This document shows, one piece after another, positions 1 through 12,265 of a stretch of 64,000 bases of DNA; position 1 is the first letter of the stretch; each line of letters starts with the position of its first letter. Source of the stretch: Ranitomeya imitator. Its lineage: Eukaryota. The translations under genes were made by a program, and so were the position numbers. The stretch is taken from assembly GCF_032444005.1 (NCBI RefSeq), contig NC_091288.1, positions 201,996,001-202,060,000 on the forward strand. Direction: 5' to 3'. Below the pieces are notes generated by a model. That model saw only the letters and a program-made list of their open reading frames with translations, was not told where the DNA came from and did not search any database.

Positions 1-10
1 CGCTTCTGTA

Positions 11-360
11 TTGTATGATACAATATTGTTCTGCTCCAGGAAGACATCCAGGCCTCTCTTGAACCCCTCGACTGAGTTCGCCATCACCACCTCCTCAGGC
101 AAGCAATTCCAGATTCTCACCGCCCTAACAGTAAAGAATCCTCTTCTATGTTGGTGGAAAAACCTTCTCTCCTCCAGACGCAAAGAATGCCCCCTTGTGC
201 CCGTGGCCTTGGTATAAACCTTGGTATAAACAGATCCTCAGCGAGATATTTCTATTGTCCCCTTATATACTTATACATGGTTATTAGATCGCCCCTCAGT
301 CGTCTTTTTCTAGACTAAATAATCCTAATTTCGCTAATCTATCTGGGTATTGTAGTTCTC
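11..360 (-). mobile_element. CR1 LINE ORF2 3' fragment (truncated), part of the histone repeat unit
   Basis: Minus strand reads YPDRLAKLGLFSLEKRRLRGDL...GFFTVRAVRIWNCLPEEVVMANSVEGFKRGLDVFL, typical of the CR1 ORF2 C-terminus, with a stop and a frameshift. Homologous to the CR1 end at 47950-48010. Confidence 0.8.
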
Positions 361-792
361 AATAGAATTGTAGTTCTCAATACCCAGATAGTGGTAATGT
401 TCTGAGCAGGGACACTCCGCAATCTTCTACACATGATCGTACATTTCCCATCACAGAGGGATCTGCTGGGAAGGGCAGAATTGGTCTTCCCTGAAATGTC
501 TCTTGTAGGATACGTCCCTGACCAGTATATCGTCTGCACAGTACTGATTGTGACGGGAAAGGGACGATCTGATCGTCTCCAGGTCAGGCACACGGGCACA
601 TCACAGCATGTGGAGAACACGAATCAGTCTCTATATCTATGAGTGGAAACAGGAGCGAATACTGCACCGCTAACCTGGAAATCTGCAGACTCCTGTGTGG
701 GATGTAAGAGAGCAATGATCGCTCAACACAAGCAGATTTCCCGATATCGGTCCTGGGAGCACGTGTCATATGAAGACAAAGGACGGAAAAAA

Positions 793-887
793 GCGGGAAC
801 TTTAAACTTTTTACCATTGGAAACATTAGCTCCTCCCTCTGCTGATTGGCTGAACACAGGACGGTTAGGGGGGTTTGAATTTCCCGC
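793..887. promoter_or_regulatory. Orphan GCGGGAA-CCAAT-TTTGAATTTCCCGC cassette (E2F/NF-Y-like)
   Basis: Two inverted E2F-like sites flank a CCAAT box. The right half resembles the module upstream of the H4 genes. Copies at 12688-12782 and 32285-32379; inverted paralogs at 7036-7132 and 18949-19045. Confidence 0.45.
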
Positions 888-1242
888 CGCTTCTAAATGT
901 AATGACGTCATTTACACTGTAAAAAGAATTCAATTAGGCTCTAGATCAACTCCACCGACCACCACAAATGGCTCCTGTTAACGGAGAAAGGAGAGTAATG
1001 AACGAGACCCCAGAATGCCGAGATCTGTGCAGCAAGGGGTTAAATAAGTCCCTGAATACACATCAACTCACTGAGCAATGCCCAGATTATTCCTGAGGTT
1101 TTCTCACTATCTCCCTCGTCATCAGACGCAGAGCCCCGGGCGGTGCGAGCAGACACCTCGGGGAGACGGGAGAGGACACCGGAGCAGTGTGGGTGGCTCT
1201 TATAGTGAGGGTGTAGGTGGCTCTTATAGGGAGGGTGTGGGT

Positions 1243-1258
1243 GGCTCTTAGAAGAGCC
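1243..1258 (-). terminator. Histone 3' stem-loop of H2B copy 1, followed by 2 extra AAGAGCC/HDE-like repeats
   Basis: Minus strand GGCTCTTCTAAGAGCC followed by ACCCA. Confidence 0.93.
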
Positions 1259-1288
1259 TTTGGGGTGAGGAGCGGAGCACGGANNNNN

Positions 1289-1850
<562 letters not shown>

Positions 1851-2163
1851 TCCAACTGATATTTCGCTTTTCAGCACCCTCCATATAGCGCTGTAAAACA
1901 CGTATAATGCTGAATACATCTAAATAGTGCTGTGAAGCGCCATATACCGCAGTGCACCCTCATATAGTGCTCTATGTGTTAATGTAGCTCTGTTTACCCT
2001 TCATGTGCTGCAGTATACTCCAATATAGTGCTGCTATTCATCTGTATAGTGCAGAGTGCCCCCATATACTGCAACTTACTGACAAATGACTGTGCCACTT
2101 CCAGAGCTCGGCCGTCATGGCCCTGCAGGAGGCCAGCGAGGCTTATCTGCTGGGGAGTCTGGG

Positions 2164-4290
2164 GATGTACTAGATTTTCTCGGCACCACCATCCGCATGT
2201 GGGGTGCTGCTGTAATCCCGTTCATTATCCTCATTTTTCCTCTGCACATTCCCACATCCAGCCAAGTGATCGCGGGGTCCAGTATACTCATCAGCATTGC
2301 CAATACTTCGATATGTAGCAAAGAAGGAGTGGTGTAAAAATTTGGGGGGCATTTTGAGGGCAACCCAAACGTTGTGCCCCACCAAAAAATGTCCCGGTTG
2401 ACCCAAAACATTCTGAAAAAAATTACCACACACTCTTATAGTGTTCCTCTACACACCCTGAGAATTTGTGGTCGACAGACCCAAACCGGGCTTAGCAGTG
2501 ACCTTGCGCACCACAGACTTCAATGGGCAGGGTCACTTTGGGGAGTCTCTGCTCAGCCCAGTTTGTGGCTATCATCAACCCCAAATGTTCAGGGTGTGTA
2601 GCTCTAGTGGACCAGTGCTGTAAAAATTTAGGGGGCATTTTGAGATGACCCAAAACATATGCCCCTCCCCACCCCCAAACTTCTGAACAAATTACCCGAC
2701 ACTCTTGAATTGTTCCTCTACACACCCTGAACATTTGGGGTCGATGGGCACAAACTAGGCTGAGCAGTGACCCTGCGCGCGATAGGCTTCCATGGGCAGG
2801 GCAGCTTTGGGGGGTAACTGCTCAGCACAGATTGGGGCTATCGACTTCAAATTTTCATAGTGTGTAGAGGAATAATTCATGAGTGTGGGCTATTTTTTTT
2901 CTGAATACCTTGCTCTATATACTGTACACACTGCTCTAGATATTGTACACTGCTCTATATACTGTACACACTGCTCTATATATTGTATACTGCTCTATAT
3001 ACTGTACACTGATTTACATACTGTACCCTCTCCTGTATATACTGTACACACTGCTACTGTACACTCTGGTCTATATACTGTGTACTCTGCTGTATATACT
3101 GTACACACTGCTCTATATACTGTACGCTCTGGTCTATAATACTGTACACTGCTGTATATACTGTTCACACTGCTCTATATACTGTACACTGCTCTAAATA
3201 CTGTACACACTGCTCTATATACTGTATATACTGTATATATACTGTATATATTGCTGTATATATACTGTATATATACTGTATATATTGCTGTATATACTGT
3301 ACAATCTGTTGCACAGTCTGTATACACTGCTGTATATACTGCATACTCTGCTCTATATACTGTACACACGGCACTATGCTATACACTGCTCTATATACTG
3401 TACACTCTGGTCTATAAACTGGACACTGCTGTATATACTGTACTCTGCTTTATATACTGTACACACTGTTGTATATACTGTAGACTCTCCTCTATTATCT
3501 GTGACACTTATTACACTGCTGATCTGGGCTGTGCAGATGTGATGTTGTGCACTATATATACTATATACAGCTGTGTTCTCTGTGTAGACGCTGGATTTTG
3601 TGTCTCCGCTTTTCTCCCAATATTCCCCTTTTGCACAACAGTGGGGGTCACATACATGCATGAATATTTCCGTTTTCTCCCGAGATGTTCATGTGTTTGG
3701 TTGGGGAGTCGCGCTGTGCAGCTGTCGCCTCATCAGAGCTCTTCCCTCCATTACAGGCCGCAGCGGTCACAGCTTCACACTGGGTAAGACACGATATCAG
3801 GCAGGTGATTGCAATCAGCCCCCGATATGGATCATCTACTGATGTGGAACACGTGTCCCCCCAATACTCTGCACATACGGGGTAGAGTGATATCACAGGT
3901 CAGGGAGGTGGCAGTCAGCGGAGGCCGTCGCCTGTGTTACCCTTCTGGGTTCTCAGCAGCTCCAGCTGGTCCCCACATCGTACAATCAGCTTCCTGTGCG
4001 ATAGACACTGGAGTAAAGATCCCTGTGATGGTGACAAGAGCCGGGAATAGGAGGAACGAGCTCCCGCAGCAGATTTATCTACCCGGACACACAGTGATGT
4101 GCAGATCGGGAGGACGGCGGCGATAATCTCCGCAATTTCTAGGCGTTTCCACTAGTGACGGCTACAAACGGTCGGTGGAGATGATGGAGAAGGAGAAGCG
4201 ACGGAGGAATCGCGCTCTGCTGTCCGGTGTTAGCCGGTAAAGGGTTTTTATCCCGGGCAGGGAAGCACAAGGGGAGAGCGGAGCTTCACT
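2164..4290 (+). repeat. Inverted paralog of the H1 upstream region (23535-26221); contains palindromic MITE-like units and a satellite
   Basis: Colinear reverse-complement similarity from gatgtactagattttctcggc (2164 vs ~26221) to gcttcac (~4290 vs ~23535). Near-identical copy at 14077-16203; interrupted copy at 33710-38404. Confidence 0.8.
2903..3490. repeat. 19-21 bp TATATACTGTACA(CA)CTGCTC satellite
   Basis: Visible degenerate tandem repeat. Other copies at 14816-15403, 24325-25105 (inverted) and 34449-35035. Confidence 0.9.
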
Positions 4291-4659
4291 ACCTGCCAGC
4301 CCTTATGCCGAAGTGATCAGATTCTATTCTGTGTAATCCGCTCATGTAACCAATATTGGCGGAGGCTGCGGGGAGTTATAGATTTCATGTCTTATAAAAG
4401 CAGCTCAGCGGGTTATCGATTGTGCAGAGGTGTCAGTATGTGCATGTATATATGTGTATGTACATACCCCATACACCCTTGTATCATTTACCAAATAGTA
4501 CCGTAACAATGAACAGCATCAGCGGTTCCAGCTCCATAATGCAAACAGGGGGCAGCACAATAAGATGGGGGCAAACACCAGTATATGTCAGGACTCGGGA
4601 GACTTAATGTTAGTCAGATAGGAGCTCTGCACTTCCGCAGCCATTTAATCTCATTCAAT

Positions 4660-5474
4660 GAGCCACCACCTCCTCCCCGCAGAGCTGTATGATCAGTGCC
4701 ACCACCTTCTCCCAACAGAGCTGTATGATCAGTGCCACCACCTCCTCCTCGCAGAGCTGTATGATCAGTGCCACCACCTCCTCCCCGCAGAGCTGTATGA
4801 TCAGAGCAACCACCTTCTCCCCACAGAGCTGTATGATCAGTGCCATCACCCACTCCCCGCAGAGCTGTATGATCAGTGCCACCACCTCCTCGCAGAGCTG
4901 TATGATCAGTGCCACCACCTCCTCCCCACGGAACTGTATGATCAGTGCCACCGCCTCCTCCCCGCAGAGCTGTATGATCAGTGCCACCACCTCCTCCTCG
5001 CAGAGCTGTATGATCAGTGCCACCACCTCCTCCCCGCAGAGCTGTATGATCAGAGCAACCACCTTCTCCCCACAGAGCTGTATGATCAGTGCCATCACCC
5101 ACTCCCCGCAGAGCTGTATGATCAGTGCCACCACCTCCTCGCAGAGCTGTATGATCAGTGCCACCACCTCCTCCCCACGGAACTGTATGATCAGTGCCAC
5201 CGCCTCCTCCCCGCAGAGCTGTATGATCAGTGCCACCACCTCCTCCTCCCTGCAGAGCTGTATGATCAGTGCCACCACCTCCTCCTCCCTGCAGAGCTGT
5301 ATGATCAGTGCCACCACCTCCTCCTCCCCGCAGAGCTGTATGATCAGTGCCACTACCTCCTCCCCGCAGAGCTGTATGATCAGAGCAACCACTTCCTCCC
5401 CAGCAGAGCTATATGATCAGTGCCACCACCTTCTCCCCACAGAGCTGTATGATCAGTGCCACCACCTTCTCCCC
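4660..5474 (+). repeat. Orphan 36-bp minisatellite (22 units) built from the H1 cleavage-site/HDE segment
   Basis: Unit accacctcctccccgcAGAGCTGTAtgatcagtgcc. It starts with gagccaccacctcctccccgcagagctgtatg, identical to the sequence from the 3' arm of the H1 stem-loop onward. Confidence 0.9.
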
Positions 5475-7035
5475 TTCATTGTCTGTTCTAGTTATATGGA
5501 GATAATGGTCCTTGTATGCAATGTCCAGTAATGATTCCCGAGAGCAGCAGACGCTCCCTGAGGACCCATCTATGCCCAGCAGAGGACACTCATAGCCAGA
5601 GACCGGTACCGGGAGTTCCCTCTCCTCACGCTGCAGAACAGCAGAGCGGGCTGGGGACTAGTGACCGGTGTCACCCGCACTCAGAGCAGCCTGCAGCTGA
5701 AGGAGGAATCCCCCCTAACAAGGAATGTGCCAGTGACACCCTGACAGCGGAGAAAGGACAGGCAGAACACGCAGCAGCCGGGACTCTCCTCGCTGCGAGC
5801 TCCGGTACACAGAGGGGGGCAGGAAGTTCCGGGCTCAGGAGACGGGGACATCACCTGCCATGGGGTGTAAGGGGATGATCTGTAGCGCTGCATCTAATTA
5901 TTGGGGGAAGCTCATTATCACTTACCAGACGCATTCAGGTGACATTAATGAGCCGCAGGCAGCGAGGCCGCCGAGTACTGTCCTCAATGGGGAGCAGCAT
6001 TATAACAATGAGAATAACTTGCCCCCACTGTGATTTTCTTGTTATACGAATTGACGGTTTACTTTATTTTAATAACACTTGTATTGCAAATGACAGAGAT
6101 CATAAAACTTAGATATAACCTGTTTCTTCATATGAAGATTTACATTCACAGAACATTTATTATCTTCCCGTAGAAGATAATGACAACAGCTTAGATGGAT
6201 AAAACCATAAGCAATGGAGAAAGAACACAGAGAAAGAATTCCAAAACCTGTCATTCCTCAGTTGCTGGAGCTGTAGAATGATGGGCTGCACAGATTTTAG
6301 AGGATCATCTCTTCATTGTAATAGCTGAATCATTGGAATAGTGATATCCAGCAGGAGACATATGTCAGGACTAATAGTAACAATGCAACAATGAGGCAGA
6401 CTGAGGTGTGCACTGACTTGCAGAGAAGCAGCAGTAGTCTGAAGAAGCTGACAATTAAGAACAGCTGTGTACAACCATCTCCTATCTGTAAGCCGCTAGG
6501 AAATTAATTGTTAAACACTTATCTGCTTTTGGAGGCAAAAAAAGACGCTAAATGCTCCTGAGTAACCTCATATCTTGTATTTTACTAACATGTTTTTCTT
6601 TTCCCTTATTTAGGCTATTCAATTTTAGTTACCATATTACATTTCTCCTGTAACTCTGACCTGCTTGGACTGTTGTCTTTTCCTACACTTTTATCATATT
6701 TGATCCTTTTTCTTACCCTATTAAAATTTATATTTACCGTCCCTCTTTTATTTATGTCTGATATAAAACTGTTTGTGTGTATTGATTATACTTTAAAAAA
6801 CAAAAAAAACTACAAATCGCTCTGAGTTCAGTGGCTTTTTATTCCAGCTCTTGCTCCATGGATCGTCCGATACTTTGTGGTCTCGTATTAATTGAAGTTT
6901 ATGATTCTCACTTTGTTTCTCCAAAGAAAACATTTATTTATTAAATGACTCCACGGTGATTTGGAAGGTGATTACAGGAGATTGCTGTTGGTGGACTTTA
7001 TATCACATCACAAGAAGCTGCGGAAACTACAACAA

Positions 7036-7132
7036 GCGGGAAATTCAAAATTCCTACCCGCCCTGTGTGCAGCCAATCTGCAGAGGAAGGGGAGGGGCTA
7101 ACGTTAACCGTTTAGGAACGTGGAGTTCCCGC
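7036..7132. promoter_or_regulatory. Inverted orphan E2F-CCAAT-E2F-like cassette
   Basis: gcgggaaattcaaaa...gccaatc...ggaggggctaac...gttcccgc. Reverse-complement paralog of 793-887 and of the H4 upstream module. Confidence 0.45.
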
Positions 7133-7774
7133 TGAGTGGCTGATGAATTTTCCGTTTTTTGTCTTTCTGTAGTTTCAGGACGATCAGATGTCCGAAAAGT
7201 GTTTGTGTGGAGCGATCAATGGTCACTTGTGTCCCATACAGGAGTTTATATATTTCCAGGATCAAGGGAGAAGTATCCGCTTTCTATAATAGAAGGTGCA
7301 GAACTTTGCGACTATAGTGACTCCATCAGACCAGCAATATTCAGTGCAGGGAATATACAGAAACGAGGTCATGCAGATTAGAAACAATCTTAAAATTGGG
7401 GTGGGGAGTCTAAAATGCTGATTAATGTTATCTAGGGAAACCTACTATAGAACTGTAAACTCCTGCAGTGAGAAGAATAACAGGAAATATCGCAGAGTAG
7501 ATGGGCGCCCTGTATGGTCACATATGAGCATTCTTGCCGCATCCAGTCCCATCACACATCAATATCTTTGCGGATTATTCTAGTATTGGTCCTGATCAGG
7601 GCGCACAGGGAAGAGGGGATGAGATTATTACATTTCCGCATATATGTATTTACTCCCCCACACACTGCAGACTGAGCCGCGAGTGACCCAGAGACCAGAT
7701 GTTACCGAGCACAAGTGATCCCTCCGGGCATAATTATATGTGAGGAATGAGCTCGTCTTGAGGGAGGATTTAGT

Positions 7775-7849
7775 GGCTCTGAAAAGAGCCTTTGTGTTGT
7801 GGTCGGTGCCGGGGCAGATCTAAGCTCTCTCCCCACGGATCCGGCGGGC
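7775..7849 (-). pseudogene. Orphan H3 3' tail (ARRIRGERA-stop, 3' UTR, intact stem-loop)
   Basis: Nearly identical to 21200-21274. Stem-loop at 7775-7790, stop at 7820-7822. Truncated at 7849, where it joins the H4 3' flank. Confidence 0.88.
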
Positions 7850-8079
7850 TTGGGAAAACCAGGTTTGTCTTTCTAGGTCAAAATATTGGAAAAGACTCTG
7901 GTCCCAGATCACACACTGCGGGCACATCCCAGAATCTGGATAATGCGGCTTCATTCCTTCGACCGGGAACCCACAGCATTAGTGGCTCAGTAAAGGTTCT
8001 AAACGATATATTAACTTTAAAACCACCAGGAACAAGAGCGCAGGAATAGGAAGGTGCAGCCTCTCACTGAGATGTGGGT

Positions 8080-8095
8080 GGCTCTGAAAAGAGCC
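8080..8095 (-). terminator. Histone 3' stem-loop of H4 copy 1
   Basis: Minus strand GGCTCTTTTCAGAGCC-ACCCA, with purine-rich TGAGAGGCTG downstream. Confidence 0.93.
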
Positions 8096-8125
8096 TTTGG
8101 GTTGTGAGGACAGAAGAGAACACAA

Positions 8126-8640
<515 letters not shown>

Positions 8641-10341
8641 ATATTCTGCAATTATCTTCCCAGCTTGTATTTTATGCAATTTCTTTCCCTTGTGACTAAA
8701 GATATCCCACATATTTTCATCACCGTTCCAGATCATCGTGGTTCATACCATCCACAATGTATGATGCCCCCACTTATCCCGCACACAGTATGCTGTGATA
8801 CCCCCAGAGCGACCCATCCTCAGTGTAATGTAATGATTAACAATTGTTCATGTTATGGTGAAAGTCTTCCATTAATGGAGATTTGGAAGGGTGAAAGAAG
8901 CAAGAGAAATTAGAAGAGATATTTCATCAGATCAACATCTGGTGATTAAATGTTCATTTTTGCCATTACCTCATGTACAAATCACAAACCAGAGAGACAC
9001 ATTTTTATGCAGTTTTTTATATATCATGTTATGCTTTAGTAATGCAAAATCACATGACTGGGCCTTTAATTGTAAAGTACAAATTATTAGGGGTTTTTTT
9101 GCTTCTTTTTCATTGTTTGTCTTAATGTGAAAACTGTACTGGCAGCAAAAGGGTTAAAAAACCAGTGTAACAGAAAAATGATCCCTACTACATTGCCCTC
9201 TATAGTGCCAGAGGCATTTACTCTCTTACAACCAGGACTTACTTCTTAGGCGTTAGGGCAGTGAACCCATTAAATGCTGCAGGTCAGTTACTGAGTAGCT
9301 GTATGATGGCTCCTGGGTCCCAGTAGGGCACTGTATGAAATACCAGGTCGGATCCACTGCCAATTACAGCACAAAGCCATTTTTGGCAGTGAAATCTGAT
9401 TAAGAAAAGTCCCTTCAACATCCACACCAGTAGCAATATGCATCGTGCATCCCCCCATAAAGTGGTTTTGACGTCCTGCAGCAGTGACAGGGGAGTCTAG
9501 CGAAGATAATCGCTGTTTTTCGGCAAGGAACATTCCATGTTATCCAAATCAATTTTCTTTATGACCCCAGTGGCCCATTCTGGTGGGCGCTCCTGCCGGC
9601 CCCAACAACGTCCCCGCCTGCCATTTGCGTTTCTTTTATCGTGTGCTCCAGCCAGTCTCTTCCATGCTGTTCGGAGGGATCAGTGTCACCATTGCAGTTT
9701 GGGCTACACAGCGAGAAGGATTTCACAAGCCTTTAATGCCACTGGCCGGTCACAGTCACACAGACAAGTCAATAAGGCCGGAAAAAGCCCGACTCTTTCA
9801 CATGTAACCAGAGCGTCGGAGATGGAACCTGAGCTTCTGCTAGATGGCAGCCCTATAGTGTAAGGGCACGTTAGGGACGGCCCCATCTCCAATATTTGTG
9901 ACATATACACATATAGGAATCCTTAGCCAAACAGTAAACACCTTTACCAAAGTCACGGTTTGTTTAGAAGTCCGACAGCCGAGCAGGTGCGTTTGGAGGT
10001 CTGGCAGCAGGGCAGCGCATTTCGAGATCCAACAGCTGTGGAGGTGCGTTTCAAGATCCGACAGCCAACGAAGAGTATTTCGATGTCCGACAGCCGGGTA
10101 GATGTGCTTCGAGGTCCAGCAGCCGCGGCGGAGTGATTCGAGGTCCTGTCACGTAGATATATATCCAGTTAGTGCAGTGTACGGGGGAACACAGGTGTTG
10201 GTTCTGCCCCGTATATATATATTTACAGTGTATACATTGTTTGCGGTGTATAGGGAACACAGCGCTACCGGGGCCTGGGGTGAAGGTGCCGCATCTTTGG
10301 ATACTCTGATGAGAGATCAGCTGGAACACGGAAAATAAGAA

Positions 10342-10402
10342 GTTAAATGGAGGAGACACGTCTGTGTACCTGATGTACGTAGATGTCTCTCCTCCATTTA
10401 AC
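10342..10402. other. 61-nt hairpin with 22-bp arms
   Basis: gttaaatggaggagacacgtct ... agatgtctctcctccatttaac, 20/22 complementary. Copy at 29923-29983. Confidence 0.75.
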
Positions 10403-10908
10403 GTCCTATTTTCAAGGCTGAGCTTTCCCAAGGCTGCCCGCTCATTGTCTTATCACATGATCCTTTGGGGGATTTGAGTTTCCCGCTCATAATCTCTGGA
10501 GGATTATTACCGGTCACTGCCGATAGCGGAGATCACAATCCGGTCACACCCGGAACAGCGCGGAGTCCTGTCCTCCAGAGCCGCCGCACACGGGATCGTC
10601 CTCCGAGAGAAGGCGCCGTCACTGATGTGGAGGAGAATCACCCGCCCGGTCCCCTTACTGCGGGACCTGCTAACTACATGTAGACCTCAGCGCGGAGTAT
10701 CAGACACTAATGAGGGGACATTTCCTGCGAGCTTGGCAGACGACACTCCCACCTGAGGGGTCTGAGACTTCATGTGGGATTGACCCATTCATCTCCTATT
10801 ATTCTGTGGATATGTGCACCAACAATGGCGGCAATGGTGTATGTACCATCAGCCTCATGTGAGGACCCCGAGATAGGCGGCGCCGGCTCTTGTGGTGACG
10901 GTGTGGGT

Positions 10909-10924
10909 GGCTCTTAGAAGAGCC
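10909..10924 (-). terminator. Histone 3' stem-loop of H2A copy 1
   Basis: Minus strand GGCTCTTCTAAGAGCC-ACCCA. Confidence 0.93.
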
Positions 10925-10953
10925 TTTGGTTTTGTAGACATTGGCGGCAGCGC

Positions 10954-11370
<417 letters not shown>

Positions 11371-11923
11371 CTAAAGACAGAAAATCGTGTGGAGAAGAGA
11401 CTGTGCTGTGTGGCCTTATATAGTCTGCTGCTCCGCCCTCCTCTCCTGTCATTGGATGACTCTGAAGCTGGCCAATGGGGAAGAGTCTTGAGGAACCGCC
11501 AATGAGCTGCCGAGGGCGGAGCTTATTATTGCTCCTTGCTCAAATTAGTTTCTCACCCAATAGAAAACGTTCGCTTTGGACCGAATAGATAAGGGGTGAA
11601 AACAGATATTTGTCTTGGAGCAGAAGGAAGTGCAGAAATATTCTGTTGATTTGTAGTTTGCACTTGTTGAATTTGTGTCTACTATCAGCCATAAATTGCA
11701 CTGACAGTCTGGTGGGTGAGGGGTTAATCCCTGTCAGTGCTTCTCCTCCGCTCCATCTGCACAGGAGGCGGCTCCTCACTCACCCGCTTATTACCCTGTG
11801 CAGATTCCCTGTGGTGTCCGCGCTGATCCTATCACAGCCTGACTGAGACAAGTCTCCTATGTTCTGCCCGGAGCCTGATGTGACGCTGCCGGGTCCCGGG
11901 TGGGGGAAGTCGCCGCTTCTGTA

Positions 11924-12265
11924 TTGTATGATACAATATTGTTCTGCTCCAGGAAGACATCCAGGCCTCTCTTGAACCCCTCGACTGAGTTCGCCATCAC
12001 CACCTCCTCAGGCAAGCAATTCCAGATTCTCACCGCCCTAACAGTAAAGAATCCTCTTCTATGTTGGTGGAAAAACCTTCTCTCCTCCAGACGCAAAGAA
12101 TGCCCCCTTGTGCCCGTGGCCTTGGTATAAACCTTGGTATAAACAGATCCTCAGCGAGATATTTCTATTGTCCCCTTATATACTTATACATGGTTATTAG
12201 ATCGCCCCTCAGTCGTCTTTTTCTAGACTAAATAATCCTAATTTCGCTAATCTATCTGGGTATTG
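11924..12265 (-). mobile_element. CR1 ORF2 3' fragment, copy 2
   Basis: Near-identical to 11-360 (offset 11913). Confidence 0.8.

Noticed and set aside
4660-5474. 36-bp periodic repeats resembling a CRISPR array
   Set aside because: There are no unique spacers, the whole unit repeats, there are no cas genes, and the context is a eukaryotic intron-containing genome.
6560-6815. T-rich tract ending in an A-run as an L1 3' end
   Set aside because: No recognisable ORF2 peptide or TSD; not supportable without a repeat library.
9140-9160. TTAACCCT motif as a piggyBac-like terminus (also at ~1036)
   Set aside because: I could not find a matching second terminus or TSD pair.
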